NCBI GenBank assembly: GCA_040954595.2
Contig: CM082595.2
Location: forward strand, 5,358,137-5,422,136
Direction: 5' to 3'
Source of the DNA: Balanoglossus misakiensis
Lineage: Eukaryota; Animalia; Hemichordata
Length of the DNA stretch: 64,000 bases
Made by a program: the position numbers and the translations under genes. Positions 12,660 through 25,800 of the stretch are shown here, piece by piece. Under the pieces are notes generated by a model. The model did no database searches. It saw nothing but the letters and a program-made list of their open reading frames with translations, and was not told the origin of the DNA. Position 1 is the stretch's first letter; the number at the start of each line of letters is the position of its first letter.

Positions 12660-13640
12660 GCGCAGACAAAATTTTAAAGGGCCAAGCAGGTTTTTCGTCG
12701 CAAACTGTAATAATACATTCACCGAACCTTTTCACGGCGCCATTTTGGATCGTCCAATAGAAGTTAAACAGGCAACCATACATGTATTTATGAAATCCAG
12801 TCAGTCACTGTGTTTAAAATGACCACATTCTTCCTTCAAAGACTCAAACGAATCGAGTTCTTCTCCTCCCTCTGACGTCGACGCTGTTCTCGCGAATTCA
12901 GACACGTGACTTTGCTCACAATGAGTATATTTAAGTCCACACAAGATCTGTATGAAAAAAAAACACCAATGAGTACTTTGTTCCCTAGCTGATATTGAAT
13001 TTCATTGTCAGTTCGCAGAATCGTGGCACGCCTCCATACCGCGAATCTAAAGCGAAAGGCGGCGTTCATTTTCCTTATTGGGGGAGTACAAACACTAGCC
13101 GTGCTGCTAAATGGAAGATTGTACTTATGTATGGGCCAGCAGTACGTATTCTCTGCTATGTAAAGTGCGTGAGGAGTCTTGAAAACAAACAAAAACGAAA
13201 ACAGGATGAGAAAATGTTCAAAACTTGGAGGCATATACTACCTTAAAGCAGACTTAGGCAAACTTTTAATTTGTCCGACAAAATACTGTCATGACAAATA
13301 AATAAATGATATTTGGCGAACTCGGAAGTGAATGTCAGAGGTTTGTCCCTTGGAGTTTTAATAGTACAATGCACAATGCCATATCAAGCAATTGTCCCTA
13401 AGCAACACTCGATAAGAAAGAGGTAAAATAATATTGCACAAAACTAAGGCAACTTCACAACACCGAAAAGGCTAGGCCACTGGGACTTCCTTCGAAACCG
13501 ATGTGCTTTAAAGTTTCTGATAAAATAATATTCTGATCAGCCCACCCTTGTGCATTAGGTTGAACGTTACCTGATCCGCTTCATTAGAGACACAGTTCAC
13601 CTGAATGCTACATTAAACCGACCGTGTAAGAAACAACAGA
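12660..13640. promoter_or_regulatory. Divergent promoter region shared by the PQ-loop and lectin genes
   Basis: Two start codons about 1 kb apart pointing away from each other. CpG-richer than the flanks, with a YY1-like CGCCATTTT motif near 12738. Confidence 0.45.
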
Positions 13641-13641
13641 A

Positions 13642-15410
13642 ATGGCGCGCACATACCTGTTCGTTTTCGTGCTTCTTGTGGTGACATTATGCACAGGTAA
13701 GCAATCTTATAAAATAATATATTGTGAAACAGACTACAGAACTAAAAAAGGAAGACTTCGTGGGGGGAAATGCTGATCAGTTATACGTTACACCTATCAT
13801 GAAAACAATGATGGGTCATTCGCTCTTCTTTCAGTTTAGCGGTCATGGTAAACGATACCAGTAAATTATTGAGTAAATTTTCTCCTGATTTTAATCCGCG
13901 CGAACTTTCGGTTTGATGTTCATAATCAGCACCAGTCTCCACCGACATAGATATCATTACCAGTAACTCGATGGCGACGACATGACGTCACAATCTCATT
14001 AGTTGGTTATTTTAAGTGCGCTTGTCGGATATTAATAGCACGTTTGAGCACGGAACGGGTACACAATTACATGTCAACAGTTGTCGATGTGTGCTACTTA
14101 ATACACTGGTCCAGGTGATCGACAGATAGAGTATATTTAGGCCCTATAGCTATTTAAGCCTACATCAAAAGTTCCTTTATTTACAAAACATTTTTTGCAT
14201 GCAATATATTTTCCTAAATGGAGTAACCTGCAGAGAATAAAATAGAAGTCCTATTAACAAAACATTGATGCTAATCAATATAGAGAATTGAATGTTAGCA
14301 CTGTTTCCACGAATACATGTTGCTGTGGTATGAAAAATATTAAACTTCTTTTGGATATTTTCACCTAGCTGTCATCCACGAGGAACCTGATTGTCCGCCG
14401 GAGATGCCCTTCGTCAACTGTACCCTCAGTCCTTGTGATACTGAACACGTGACTTGTGATGCGCAGCCGGACGCCGAATGCAGGGCTGACTACTGCGGGG
14501 GTTGTGTGGCCAAGTTCTATAACGAGTACGGCCAAGAGCTACACTGTGAAACGGGTTAGCTGATTGGATGATTTTTATATGACGCGATTTTCGCACCGAT
14601 GCTGCGTTGAAAATGTCAAGTATAAGACAAAATTTAACTATGAGAAAAAAATCACGACTTTGATTTTCGAGGTGTATACTACCTTAAACCGAAAATATTC
14701 TGTTTTAACTGTTTTGATTTTAATATTCGTTTTCCATATTTCAGTGGTGGGAGTGATATGTGAAAATAAGAATACCACAGTTGGCTGCCAAAACAGCGAT
14801 CACGTGATGACCATCAAGTATGCAAATTACGGACGTGAATCAGACCAGATCTGTTTGCATCCTTATGGTTTGGAACGACTGCACAACAACACGAATTGCA
14901 TCACCAAGAATTCCACCGATATCATTAGGAACCTTTGCCAAGGCAAAAACAGTTGTCATCCCGAAGTCAATAATGTGGTGTTCGGGGATCCTTGCTATGG
15001 TATTTACAAGTACCTCGAAGTGGATTTCATCTGTGACACAGGTGAGAGAGAGAGAGAGAGAGGGGGGGGGGGGAGAGAGATAGAAAGAAGTGAGAGATAG
15101 AGGGAGGGGAGAGGGCGGACGGAGGGACTAAGGTAGGGAGCAGATGGCGAAAGAGAGGACTGACTAAAACCAGCTGAAACTTATAAAATTTTCTTCGAAA
15201 GGATCATGAGACGGAAACTTATCGATTCTGAGTGAACTGTTCCCTCTGGAAGTAGAGACCACTGCCTCGATCCGCTCCCACAGTTCAACACTCGCTTTCG
15301 TTTGTTTCTTTGCAGAGGTAGTGAGTGCAGCGCCGGCTGGTGGCAGAAATGTGCCGTTCGGATTGATTGCGGCCGTTGCGTCTACCCTGACATCAATCAT
15401 CCGGTGCTGA
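13642..15410 (+). CDS. Secreted, probably GPI-anchored rhamnose/galactose-binding (SUEL/Gal_Lectin) lectin with N-terminal Cys-rich YCGGC module, 210 aa
   Basis: Exons 13642-13696 (signal MARTYLFVFVLLVVTLCT), 14369-14554 (CPPEMPFVNC..PC..C..PDAECRADYCGGCVAKFY..C), 14745-15041 (SUEL motifs ICE, ANYGR, CQGKNSC, FGDPCYGIYKYLEVDFIC), 15316-15410 (hydrophobic tail). All introns are phase 1 GT-AG. AATAAA near 15658. Confidence 0.88.
15043..15160. repeat. GA/G-rich microsatellite
   Basis: (GA)n and poly-G run in intron 3 of the lectin gene. Confidence 0.85.
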
Positions 15411-15866
15411 GAGTGCTGTGGTGTTTGACAGGGGCAGCAGTAGCTCTAAACTTGGCAGATGCATTATTCAGTACACCAAGTGAGGTTTTATATGGTTTTA
15501 CTTTTGCAGATCTAGCAACAGTTATCACGGAAAGTAGCGATCCAGCCAATTATAGATTTTCACTTGTTTCCAGCTGCCCTTTAACATGATTTGTACAAAT
15601 AATTTTAGCTAATGCAAAGAACAAATAACAATATAATATTTTTTATAACTTCATACAAATAAAAATATGATGATTTATATCAGATTACTGACTGAGAACT
15701 GACTCTGCTGTATTTTTCCTGATTGGTTTATTTGAATGATTGCAAGTCCCTGATTGGCTGTTTCCTGCGTGAACACATCCGGTCTGCTTGCTTTCAAACA
15801 GCATATACATATTAATTTATGCAAATTACTATCCGCAGTATTTCCTATCAGCAGTCAGTGAATGGT

Positions 15867-16322
15867 TAGTCTCGGTTACCCAGACGCCTTTGCTCTTCCG
15901 ATGCTCTCCAGAAAAGGGTCTGGGGAAATACTATTGAAAGCTTTGTAAAACAAAATGGCCGATGTCAGGATTTTGATCATCGCCTGATTGGCTGAGCTGT
16001 CTGTATGACCCGGGTCACTGCAATAGTTTCGACAATCGTCTACCAAAGATATTTCATATAATTTCTCCAACAATGCTAACAGAGGACGCCTTTTGCCTTT
16101 CGCATCAACCAACAAGTACCGGTCTCTTGATATGAAGATACGACAAATAATCACACATTGTCGAGAGTCAGTGACCCGGGTCATACTGACAGCTCAGCTA
16201 ATCAGGCGATGATCAAAATCCTGACATCGGCCATTTTGTTTTACAAAGCTTTCAATAGTATTTCCCCAGACCCTTTTCTGGAGAGCATCGGAAGAGCAAA
16301 GGCATCTGGGTAACCGAGACTA
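15867..16322. mobile_element. Young MITE with ~155-bp TIRs and 9-bp TSD (Mutator-like)
   Basis: TAGTCTCGGTTACCCAGA...TCTGGGTAACCGAGACTA near-perfect long TIRs. Perfect direct repeat GTGAATGGT at 15858-15866 and 16323-16331. Confidence 0.92.
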
Positions 16323-17098
16323 GTGAATGGTCAGTCTGCCCAGGCAAACATTTGTTTATCAATAACTGCGCAACTGATTATGAATAATTAGGTGGTAGCT
16401 GCAGCCACGTTTTTTTCTTGTCCACGTTTGCTTTGACTTTCCCAGTGAAAAACTCAAATTTATTTCCCATTTTCCACTCGTTTCGCGGTAAATGTCGTCA
16501 GTTGAGGTAAGTTATGGCTTTTTATGTCTGTAAGTCCATTCTATTTGTTCAGGAAATTTTGTAAGTATCCTTTGTGGTAAAAGTTTGTTTCGACACGTGT
16601 CGGGTTCGGCCCCAACCTAGCCGTTTCGGCCATTTTCAGCGCACCCCATAGCCCAACTAAAATGGCTCTATTCCTCCCGAAGTACAAAGTCCCGTAGCCG
16701 TATTACTGATATGAAACGAGTTTCAAAAATTTTCAAAATTTTTTTTTGAAACTTGTGTATGCCCCCTCTTAACTTGCATTTTCTAACACTTGCCTTGTCT
16801 TTTCAGATCCCAGCTGGACTCCACTTCTTTCAATTGGTCATCAACCATTCAACAGATGGACCTGAAACGACAAGTGAACACGAGTTAAATTTCAATACTT
16901 TGGTTTTGTCATGATTTACTAGAAAATGAAATAAAATACAATAAAATAAATAAAATAAATTTAAATCCTTGGTGTCTGCTTTTTTGTAAAAAAAAAACAC
17001 TTAGAAATTTTTCAGGCTTTACTCTATACTTTAACATTAAGAAAATTCTAGAAATTTTTTCAGGCTTTACTCTATACTTTAACATTAAAAAAACTTAG

Positions 17099-17388
17099 AG
17101 TGTCAAATTGATTTGGTCTTACCTTAAGCAGTACTCTTGGATTTTTCAAACCATCATCTGAGAATTGAATTGATTTCACCTTGACTTTAATGCAACTCAC
17201 TGCAATGCAAAGAACAAAATCAGGGTAAGTTTAACAACAATATTAATTACACAAAAAGACTGATAACAGTCAAGAATTTGACCATTTTCATGAGCTATAA
17301 CCCATGAAAAACGTCTGAAAATGACAAAATCTCCAAAGTTTGCAAAGTCAAGCCGATGCCAGTTGTGTTAATGATAGTGAGATAAAGG

Positions 17389-17449
<61 letters not shown>

Positions 17450-17636
17450 TGTGTGTGTTTGTGTGTGTGTGTGTGTCAAATTGAGATTGATACGGTCTTA
17501 CCTTAAGCAGTACTCTTGGATTCTTCAAACACTTGTCTAAGCATTGAGAAGATTTCACCTTGACTTAAACTCACTGCAATGCAAAGAACAAATCAGGGTA
17601 AGATTAACAGCAATATTAATTACACAAAAAAGACTG
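17099..17636. repeat. ~165-bp direct duplication (17099-17263 / 17473-17636) separated by a satellite fragment and (GT)n
   Basis: Both copies read GTGTCAAATTGA..GGTCTTACCTTAAGCAGTACTCTTGGATT..CACTGCAATGCAAAGAACAAA..TATTAATTACACAAAAAGACTG. (GT)n lies at 17391-17476. Confidence 0.9.
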
Positions 17637-18088
17637 TCGATTTTTTGAAAAAGATCACGGGTTATAGCTCATGAAAATCATCCAGAAATGACAATTTTTC
17701 GACTTTGCGAAATCTCGAAATTTCGTCGATTTTTGATAAAAATCATGGGTTATAGCTCATGAAAATCATCCGAAAATGACGATTTTTCGAGTTTGGGAAA
17801 TTTCTTTGATTTTTGATAAAAATCACGGGTTATAGCTCATGAAAATCATCCAAAAACGAAAATTTTTCGACTTTGCGAAATCTCGAAATTTCGTCGATTT
17901 TTGATAAAAATCATGGGTTATAGCTCATGAAAATCATCCAAAAACGACAATTTTTCGACTTTGCGAAATCTCGAAATTTCGTCGATTTTTGAAAAAAATC
18001 CTGGGTTATAACTCATGAAAATCATCCAGAAATAACAATTTTTCGACTTTGCGAAATCTCGAAATTTCGTCGATTTTTGATAAAAATC
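17636..18088 (+). repeat. 88-bp satellite, degenerate outer variant C (forward)
   Basis: About 5 diverged units GGGTTATAGCTCATGAAAATCATCCA..TTTTTCGACTTTGCGAAATCTCGAAATTTCG. Confidence 0.9.
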
Positions 18089-19825
18089 AAAAGTCCGTAA
18101 AGTCGAAAATTTTTCATTTCTGGTTGATTTTCATGAGCTATAACCCATGGTTTTTCTCAAAAAATGACCAAATTTCGAAAATCCGCAAAGTCGAAAAATT
18201 GTCATTTCTGGGTGATTTTCATGGGCTATAACCCATGGTTTTTCTCAAAAAATGACAAATTTCGAAAATCCGCAAAGTCGAAAAATGGTCATTTCTGGGT
18301 GATTTTCATGGGCTATAACCCATGGTTTTTCTCAAAAAATGACCAAATTTCGAAAATCCGCAAAGTCGAAAAATGGTCATTTCTGGGTGATTTTCATGGG
18401 CTATAACCCATGGTTTTTCTCAAAAAATGACCAAATTTCGAAAATCCGCAAAGTCGAAAAATTGTCATTTCTGGGTGATTTTCATGGGCTATAACCCATG
18501 GTTTTTCTCAAAAAATGACCAAATTTCGAAAATCCGCAAAGTCGAAAAATTGTCACTTATGGGTGATTTTCATGGGCTATAACCCATGGTTTTTCTCAAA
18601 AAATGACCAAATTTCGAAAATCCGCAAAGTCGAAAAATTGTCATTTCTGGGTGATTTTCATGGGCTATAACCCATGGTTTTTCTCAAAAAATGACCAAAT
18701 TTCGAAAATCCGCAAAGTCGAAAAATTGTCATTTCTGGGTGATTTTCATGGGCTATAACCCATGGTTTTTCTCAAAAAATGACCAAATTTCGAAAATCGG
18801 CAAAGTCGAAAAATTGTCATTTCTGGGTGATTTTCATGGGCTATAACCCATGGTTTTTCTCAAAAAATGACCAAATTTCGAAAATCGGCAAAGTCGAAAA
18901 ATTGTCACTTATGGGTGATTTTCATGGGCTATAACCCATGGTTTTTCTCAAAAAATGACCAAATTTCGAAAATCCGCAAAGTCGAAAAATTGTCATTTCT
19001 GGGTGATTTTCATGGGCTATAACCCATGGTTTTTCTCAAAAAATGACCAAATTTCGAAAATCCGCAAAGTCGAAAAATTGTCATTTCTGGGTGATTTTCA
19101 TGGGCTATAACCCATGGTTTTTCTCAAAAAATGACCAAATTTCGAAAATCGGCAAAGTCGAAAAATTGTCATTTCTGGGTGATTTTCATGGGCTATAACC
19201 CATGGTTTTTCTCAAAAAATGACCAAATTTCGAAAATCGGCAAAGTCGAAAAATTGTCACTTATGGGTGATTTTCATGGGCTATAACCCATGGTTTTTCT
19301 CAAAAAATGACCAAATTTCGAAAATCCGCAAAGTCGAAAAATTGTCATTTCTGGGTGAGTTTCATGGGCTATAACCCATGGTTTTTCTCAAAAAATGACC
19401 AAATTTCGAAAATCCGCAAAGTCGAAAAATTGTCATTTCTGGGTGATTTTCATGGGCTATAACCCATGGTTTTTCTCAAAAAATGACCAAATTTCGAAAA
19501 TCCGCAAAGTCGAAAAATTGTCATTTCTGGGTGATTTTCATGGGCTATAACCCATGGTTTTTCTCAAAAAATGACCAAATTTCGAAAATCCGCAAAGTCG
19601 AAAAATGGTCATTTCTGGTTGATTTTCATGGGCTATAACCCATGGTTTTTCTCAAAAAATGACCAAATTTCGAAAATCCACAAAGTCGAAAAATTGTCAT
19701 TTCTGGGTGATTTTCATGGGCTATAACCCATGGTTTTTCTCAAAAAATGACCAAATTTCGAAAATCCACAAAGTCGAAAAATTGTCATTTCTGGGTGATT
19801 TTCATGGGCTATAACCCATGGTTTT
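18089..19825 (-). repeat. 88-bp satellite variant A, reverse orientation (~20 units)
   Basis: Homogeneous units; reverse complement is CCATGGGTTATAGCCCATGAAAATCACCCAGAAATGACMATTTTTCGACTTTGCGGATTTTCGAAATTTGGTCATTTTTTGAGAAAAA. Confidence 0.97.
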
Positions 19826-22800
19826 TGTCGAAAAACCACCAAATTTCGAAATTTCGCGAAGTCGAAAAATTGACATTTCTGGACGATTTTCATGAGCTAT
19901 AACCCATGGTTTTTGTCGAAAAACCACCAAATTTCGAAATTTCACGAAGTCGAAAAATTGACATTTCTGGACGATTTTCATGAGCTATAACCCATGGTTT
20001 TTGTCGATAAACCACCAAATTTCGAAATTTCGCGAAGTCGAAAAATTGACATTTCTGGACGATTTTCATGAGCTATAACCCATGGTTTTTGTCGAAAAAC
20101 CACCAAATTTCGAAATTTCGCGAAGTCGAAAAATTGACATTTCTGGACGATTTTCATGAGCTATAACCCATGGTTTTTGTCGAAAAACCACCAAATTTCG
20201 AAATTTCGCGAAGTCGAAAAATTGACATTTCTGGACGATTTCCATGAGCTATAACCCATGGTTTTTGTCGAAAAATCACCAAATTTCGTAATTTCGCGAA
20301 GTCGAAAAATTGACATTTCTGGACGATTTTCATGAGCTATAACCCATGGTTTTTGTCGAAAAATCACCAAATTTCGAAATTTCGCGAAGTCGAAAAATTG
20401 ACATTTCTGGACGATTTTCATGAGCTATAACCCATGGTTTTTGTCGAAAAATCACCAAATTTCGAAATTTCGCGAAGTCGAAAAATTGACATTTCTGGAC
20501 GATTTTCATGAGCTATAACCCATGGATTTTGTCGAAAAATCACCAAATTTCGAAATTTCGCGAAGTCGAAAAATTGACATTTCTGGACGATTTTCATGAG
20601 CTATAACCCATGGTTTTTGTCGAAAAATCACCAAATTTCGAAATTTCGCGAAGTCGAAAAATTGACATTTCTGGACGATTTCCATGAGCTATAACCCATG
20701 GTTTTTGTCGAAAAATCACCAAATTTCGTAATTTCGCGAAGTCGAAAAATTGACATTTCTGGACGATTTTCATGAGCTATAACCCATGGTTTTTGTCGAA
20801 AAATCACCAAATTTCGTAATTTCGCGAAGTCGAAAAATTGACATTTCTGGACGATTTTCATGAGCTATAACCCATGGTTTTTGTCGAAAAATCACCAAAT
20901 TTCGAAATTTCGCGAAGTCGAAAAATTGACATTTCTGGACGATTTTCATTAGCTATAACCCATGGTTTTTGTCGAAAAATCACCAAATTTCGAAATTTCG
21001 CGAAGTCGAAAAATTGACATTTCTGGACGATTTTCATGAGCTATTACCCATGGTTTTTGTCGAAAAATCACCAAATTTCGAAATTTCGCGACGTCGAAAA
21101 ATTGACATTTCTGGACGATTTTCATGAGCTATAACCCATGGTTTTTGTAGAAAAACCACCACATTTCGAAATTTCGCGAAGTCGAAAAATTGACATTTCT
21201 GGACGATTTTCCCCATGGTTTTTGGCGAAAAACCCCCAAATTTCGAAATTTCGCGAACTCGAAAAATTGACATTTCAGGACGATTTTCATGAGCTATAAC
21301 CCATGGTTTTTGTCGAAAAACCACCAAATTTCGAAATTTCGCGAAGTCGAAAAATTGACATTTCTGGACGATTTTCATGAGCTATAACCCATGGTTTTTG
21401 TCGAAAAACCACCAAATTTCGAAATTTCGCGAAGTCGAAAAATTGACATTTCTGGACGATTTTCATGAGCTATAACCCATGGTTTTTGTCGAAAAACCAC
21501 CAAATTTCGAAATTTCGCGAAGTCGAAAAATTGACATTTCTGGACGATTTTCATGAGCTATAACCCATGGTTTTTGTCGAAAAATCACCAAATTTCGAAA
21601 TTTCGCGAAGTCGAAAAATTGACATTTCTGGACGATTTTCATGAGCTATAACCCATGGTTTTTGTCGAAAAACCACCAAATTTCGAAATTTCGCGAAGTC
21701 GAAAAATTGACATTTCTGGACGATTTTCATGAGCTATAACCCATGGTTTTTGTCGAAAAACCACCAAATTTCGAAATTTCGCGAAGTCGAAAAATTGACA
21801 TTTCTGGACGATTTTCATGAGCTATAACCCATGGTTTTTGTCGAAAAACCACCAAATTTCGAAATTTCGCGAAGTCGAAAAATTGACATTTCTGGACGAT
21901 TTTCATGAGCTATAACCCATGGTTTTTGGCGAAAAATCACCAAATTTCGAAATTTTGCGAAGTCGAAAAATTGACATTTCTGGACGATTTTCATGAGCTA
22001 TAACCCATGGTTTTTGGCGAAAAACCACCAAATTTCGAAATTTCGCGAAGTCGAAAAATTGACATTTCTGGACGATTTTCATGAGCTATAACCCATGGTT
22101 TTTGTCGAAAAACCACCAAATTTCGAAATTTCGCGAAGTCGAAAAATTGACATTTCTGGACGATTTTCATGAGCTATAACCCATGGTTTTTGGCGAAAAA
22201 CCACCAAATTTCGAAATTTCGCGAAGTCGAAAAATTGACATTTCTGGACGATTTTCATGAGCTATAACCCATGGTTTTTGGCGAAAAACCACCAAATTTC
22301 GAAATTTCGCGAAGTCGAAAAATTGACATTTCTGGACGATTTTCATGAGCTATAACCCATGGTTTTTGGCGAAAAACCACCAAATTTCGAAATTTCGCGA
22401 AGTCGAAAAATTGACATTTCTGGACGATTTTCATGAGCTATAACCCATGGTTTTTGTCGAAAAACCACCAAATTTCGAAATTTCGCGAAGTCGAAAAATT
22501 GACATTTCTGGACGATTTTCATGAGCTATAACCCATGGTTTTTGTCGAAAAACCACCAAATTTCGAAATTTCGCGAAGTCGAAAAATTGACATTTCTGGA
22601 CGATTTTCATGAGCTATAACCCATGGTTTTTGTCGAAAAACCACCAAATTTCGAAATTTCGCGAAGTCGAAAAATTGACATTTCTGGACGATTTTCATGA
22701 GCTATAACCCATGGTTTTTGTCGAAAAACCACCAAATTTCGAAATTTCGCGAAGTCGAAAAATTGACATTTCTGGACGATTTTCATGAGCTATAACCCAT

Positions 22801-25800
22801 GGTTTTTGTCGAAAAACCACCAAATTTCGAAATTTCGCGAAGTCGAAAAATTGACATTTCTGGACGATTTTCATGAGCTATAACCCATGGTTTTTGTCGA
22901 AAAACCACCAAATTTCGAAATTTCGCGAAGTCGAAAAATTGACATTTCTGGACGATTTTCATGAGCTATAACCCATGGTTTTTGTCGAAAAATCACCAAA
23001 TTTCGAAATTTCGCGAAGTCGAAAAATTGACATTTCTGGACGATTTTCATGAGCTATAACCCATGGTTTTTGTCGAAAACCACGAAATTTCGAAATTTCG
23101 CGAAGTCGAAAAATTGACATTTCTGGACGATTTTCATGAGCTATAACCCATGGTTTTTGTCGAAAAACCACCAAATTTCGAAATTTCGCGAAGTCGAAAA
23201 ATTGACATTTCTGGACGATTTTCATGAGCTATAACCCATGGTTTTTGTCGAAAAATCACCAAATTTCGAAATTTCGCTAAGTCGAAAAATTGACATTTCT
23301 GGACGATTTTCATGAGCTATAACCCATGGTTTTTGTCAAAAAATCACCAAATTTCGAAATTTCGCGAAGTCGAAAAATTGACATTTCTGGACGATTTTCA
23401 TGAGCTATAACCCATGGTTTTTGTCTAAAAACCACCCATTTCGAAATTTCGCGAAGTCGAAAAATTGATATTTCTGGACGATTTTCATGAGCTATAACCC
23501 ATGGTTTTTGTCGAAAAACCACCAAATTTCGAAATTTCGCGAAGTCGAAAAATTGACATTTCCGGACGATTTTCATGAGCTATAACCCATGGTTTTTGTC
23601 GAAAAACCACCAAATTTCGAAATTTCGCGAAGTCGAAAAATTGACATTTCCGGACGATTTTCATGAGCTATAACCCATGGTTTTTGTCGAAAAACCACCA
23701 AATTTCGAAATTTCGCGAAGTCGAAAAATTGACATTTCTGGACGATTTTCATGAGCTATAACCCATGGTTTTTGTCGAAAAACCACCAAATTTCGAAATT
23801 TCGCGAAGTCGAAAAATTGACATTTCTGGACGATTTTCATGAGCTATAACCCATGGTTTTTGTCGAAAAATCACCAAATTTCGAAATTTCGCGAAGTCGA
23901 AAAATTGACATTTCTGGACGATTTTCATGAGCTATAACCCATGGTTTTTGTCGAAAAACCACCAAATTTCGAAATTTCGCGAAGTCGAAAAATTGACATT
24001 TCTGGACGATTTTCATGAGCTATAACCCATGGTTTTTGTCGAAAAACCACCAAATTTCGAAATTTCGCGAAGTCGAAAAATTGACATTTCTGGACGATTT
24101 TCATGAGCTATAACCCATGGTTTTTGTAGAAAAACCACCAAATTTCGAAATTTCGCGAAGTCGAAAAATTGACATTTCTGGACGATTTTCATGAGCTATA
24201 ACCCATGGTTTTTGTCGAAAAACCACCAAATTTCGAAATTTCGCAAAGTCGAAAAATTGACATTTCTGGACGATTTTCATGAGCTATAACCCATGGTTTT
24301 TGTCGAAAAACCACCAATTTTCGAAATTTCGCGAAGTCGAAAAATTGACATTTCCGGACGATTTTCATGAGCTATAACCCATGGTTTTTGTCGAAAAACC
24401 ACCAAATTTCGAAATTTCGCAAAGTCGAAAAATTGACATTTCCGGACGATTTTCATGAGCTATAACCCATGGTTTTTGTCGAAAAACCACCAAATTTCGA
24501 AATTTCGCAAAGTCGAAAAATTGACATTTCTGGACGATTTTCATGAGCTATAACCCATGGTTTTTGTCGAAAAATCACCAAATTTCGAAATTTCGCGAAG
24601 TCGAAAAATTGACATTTCCGGACGATTTTCATGAGCTATAACCCATGGTTTTTGTCGAAAAACCACCAAATTTCGAAATTTCGCGAAGTCGAAAAATTGA
24701 CATTTCCGGACGATTTTCATGAGCTATAACCCATGGTTTTTGTCGAAAAACCACCAAATTTCGAAATTTCGCAAAGTCGAAAAATTGACATTTCTGGACG
24801 ATTTTCATGAGCTATAACCCATGGTTTTTGTCGAAAAACCACCAAATTTCGAAATTTCGCGAAGTCGAAAAATTGACATTTCTGGACGATTTTCATGAGC
24901 TATAACCCATGGTTTTTGTCGAAAAACCACCAAATTTCGAAATTTCGCGAAGTCGAAAAATTGACATTTCCGGACGATTTTCATGAGCTATAACCCATGG
25001 TTTTTGTCGAAAAACCACCAAATTTCGAAATTTCGCAAAGTCGAAAAATTGACATTTCTGGACGATTTTCATGAGCTATAACCCATGGTTTTTGTCGAAA
25101 AACCACCAAATTTCGAAATTTCGCGAAGTCGAAAAATTGACATTTCCGGACGATTTTCATGAGCTATAACCCATGGTTTTTGTCGAAAAACCACCAAATT
25201 TCGAAATTTCGCGAAGTCGAAAAATTGACATTTCTGGACGATTTTCATGAGCTATAACCCATGGTTTTTGTCGAAAAACCACCAAATTTCGAAATTTCGC
25301 GAAGTCGAAAAATTGACATTTCTGGACGATTTTCATGAGCTATAACCCATGGTTTTTGTCGAAAAACCACCAAATTTCGAAATTTCGCGAAGTCGAAAAA
25401 TTGACATTTCTGGATGATTTTCATGAGCTATAACCCATGGTTTTTGTCAAAAAATCACCAAATTTCGAAATTTCGCGAAGTCGAAAAATTGACATTTCTG
25501 GACGATTTTCATGAGCTATAACCCATGGTTTTTGTCTAAAAACCACCCATTTCGAAATTTCGCGAAGTCGAAAAATTGATATTTCTGGACGATTTTCATG
25601 AGCTATAACCCATGGTTTTTGTCGAAAAACCACCAAATTTCGAAATTTCGCGAAGTCGAAAAATTGACATTTCTGGACGATTTTCATGAGCTATAACCCA
25701 TGGTTTTTGTCGAAAAACCACCAAATTTCGAAATTTCGCGAAGTCGAAAAATTGACATTTCTGGACGATTTTCATGAGCTATAACCCATGGTTTTTGTCG

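Noticed and set aside
15302-15589. Cys-rich ORF (CSAGWWQKCAVRIDCGRC)
   Set aside because: Out of phase with the upstream phase-1 donor at 15041. The phase-compatible frame gives the hydrophobic tail ending at 15410.
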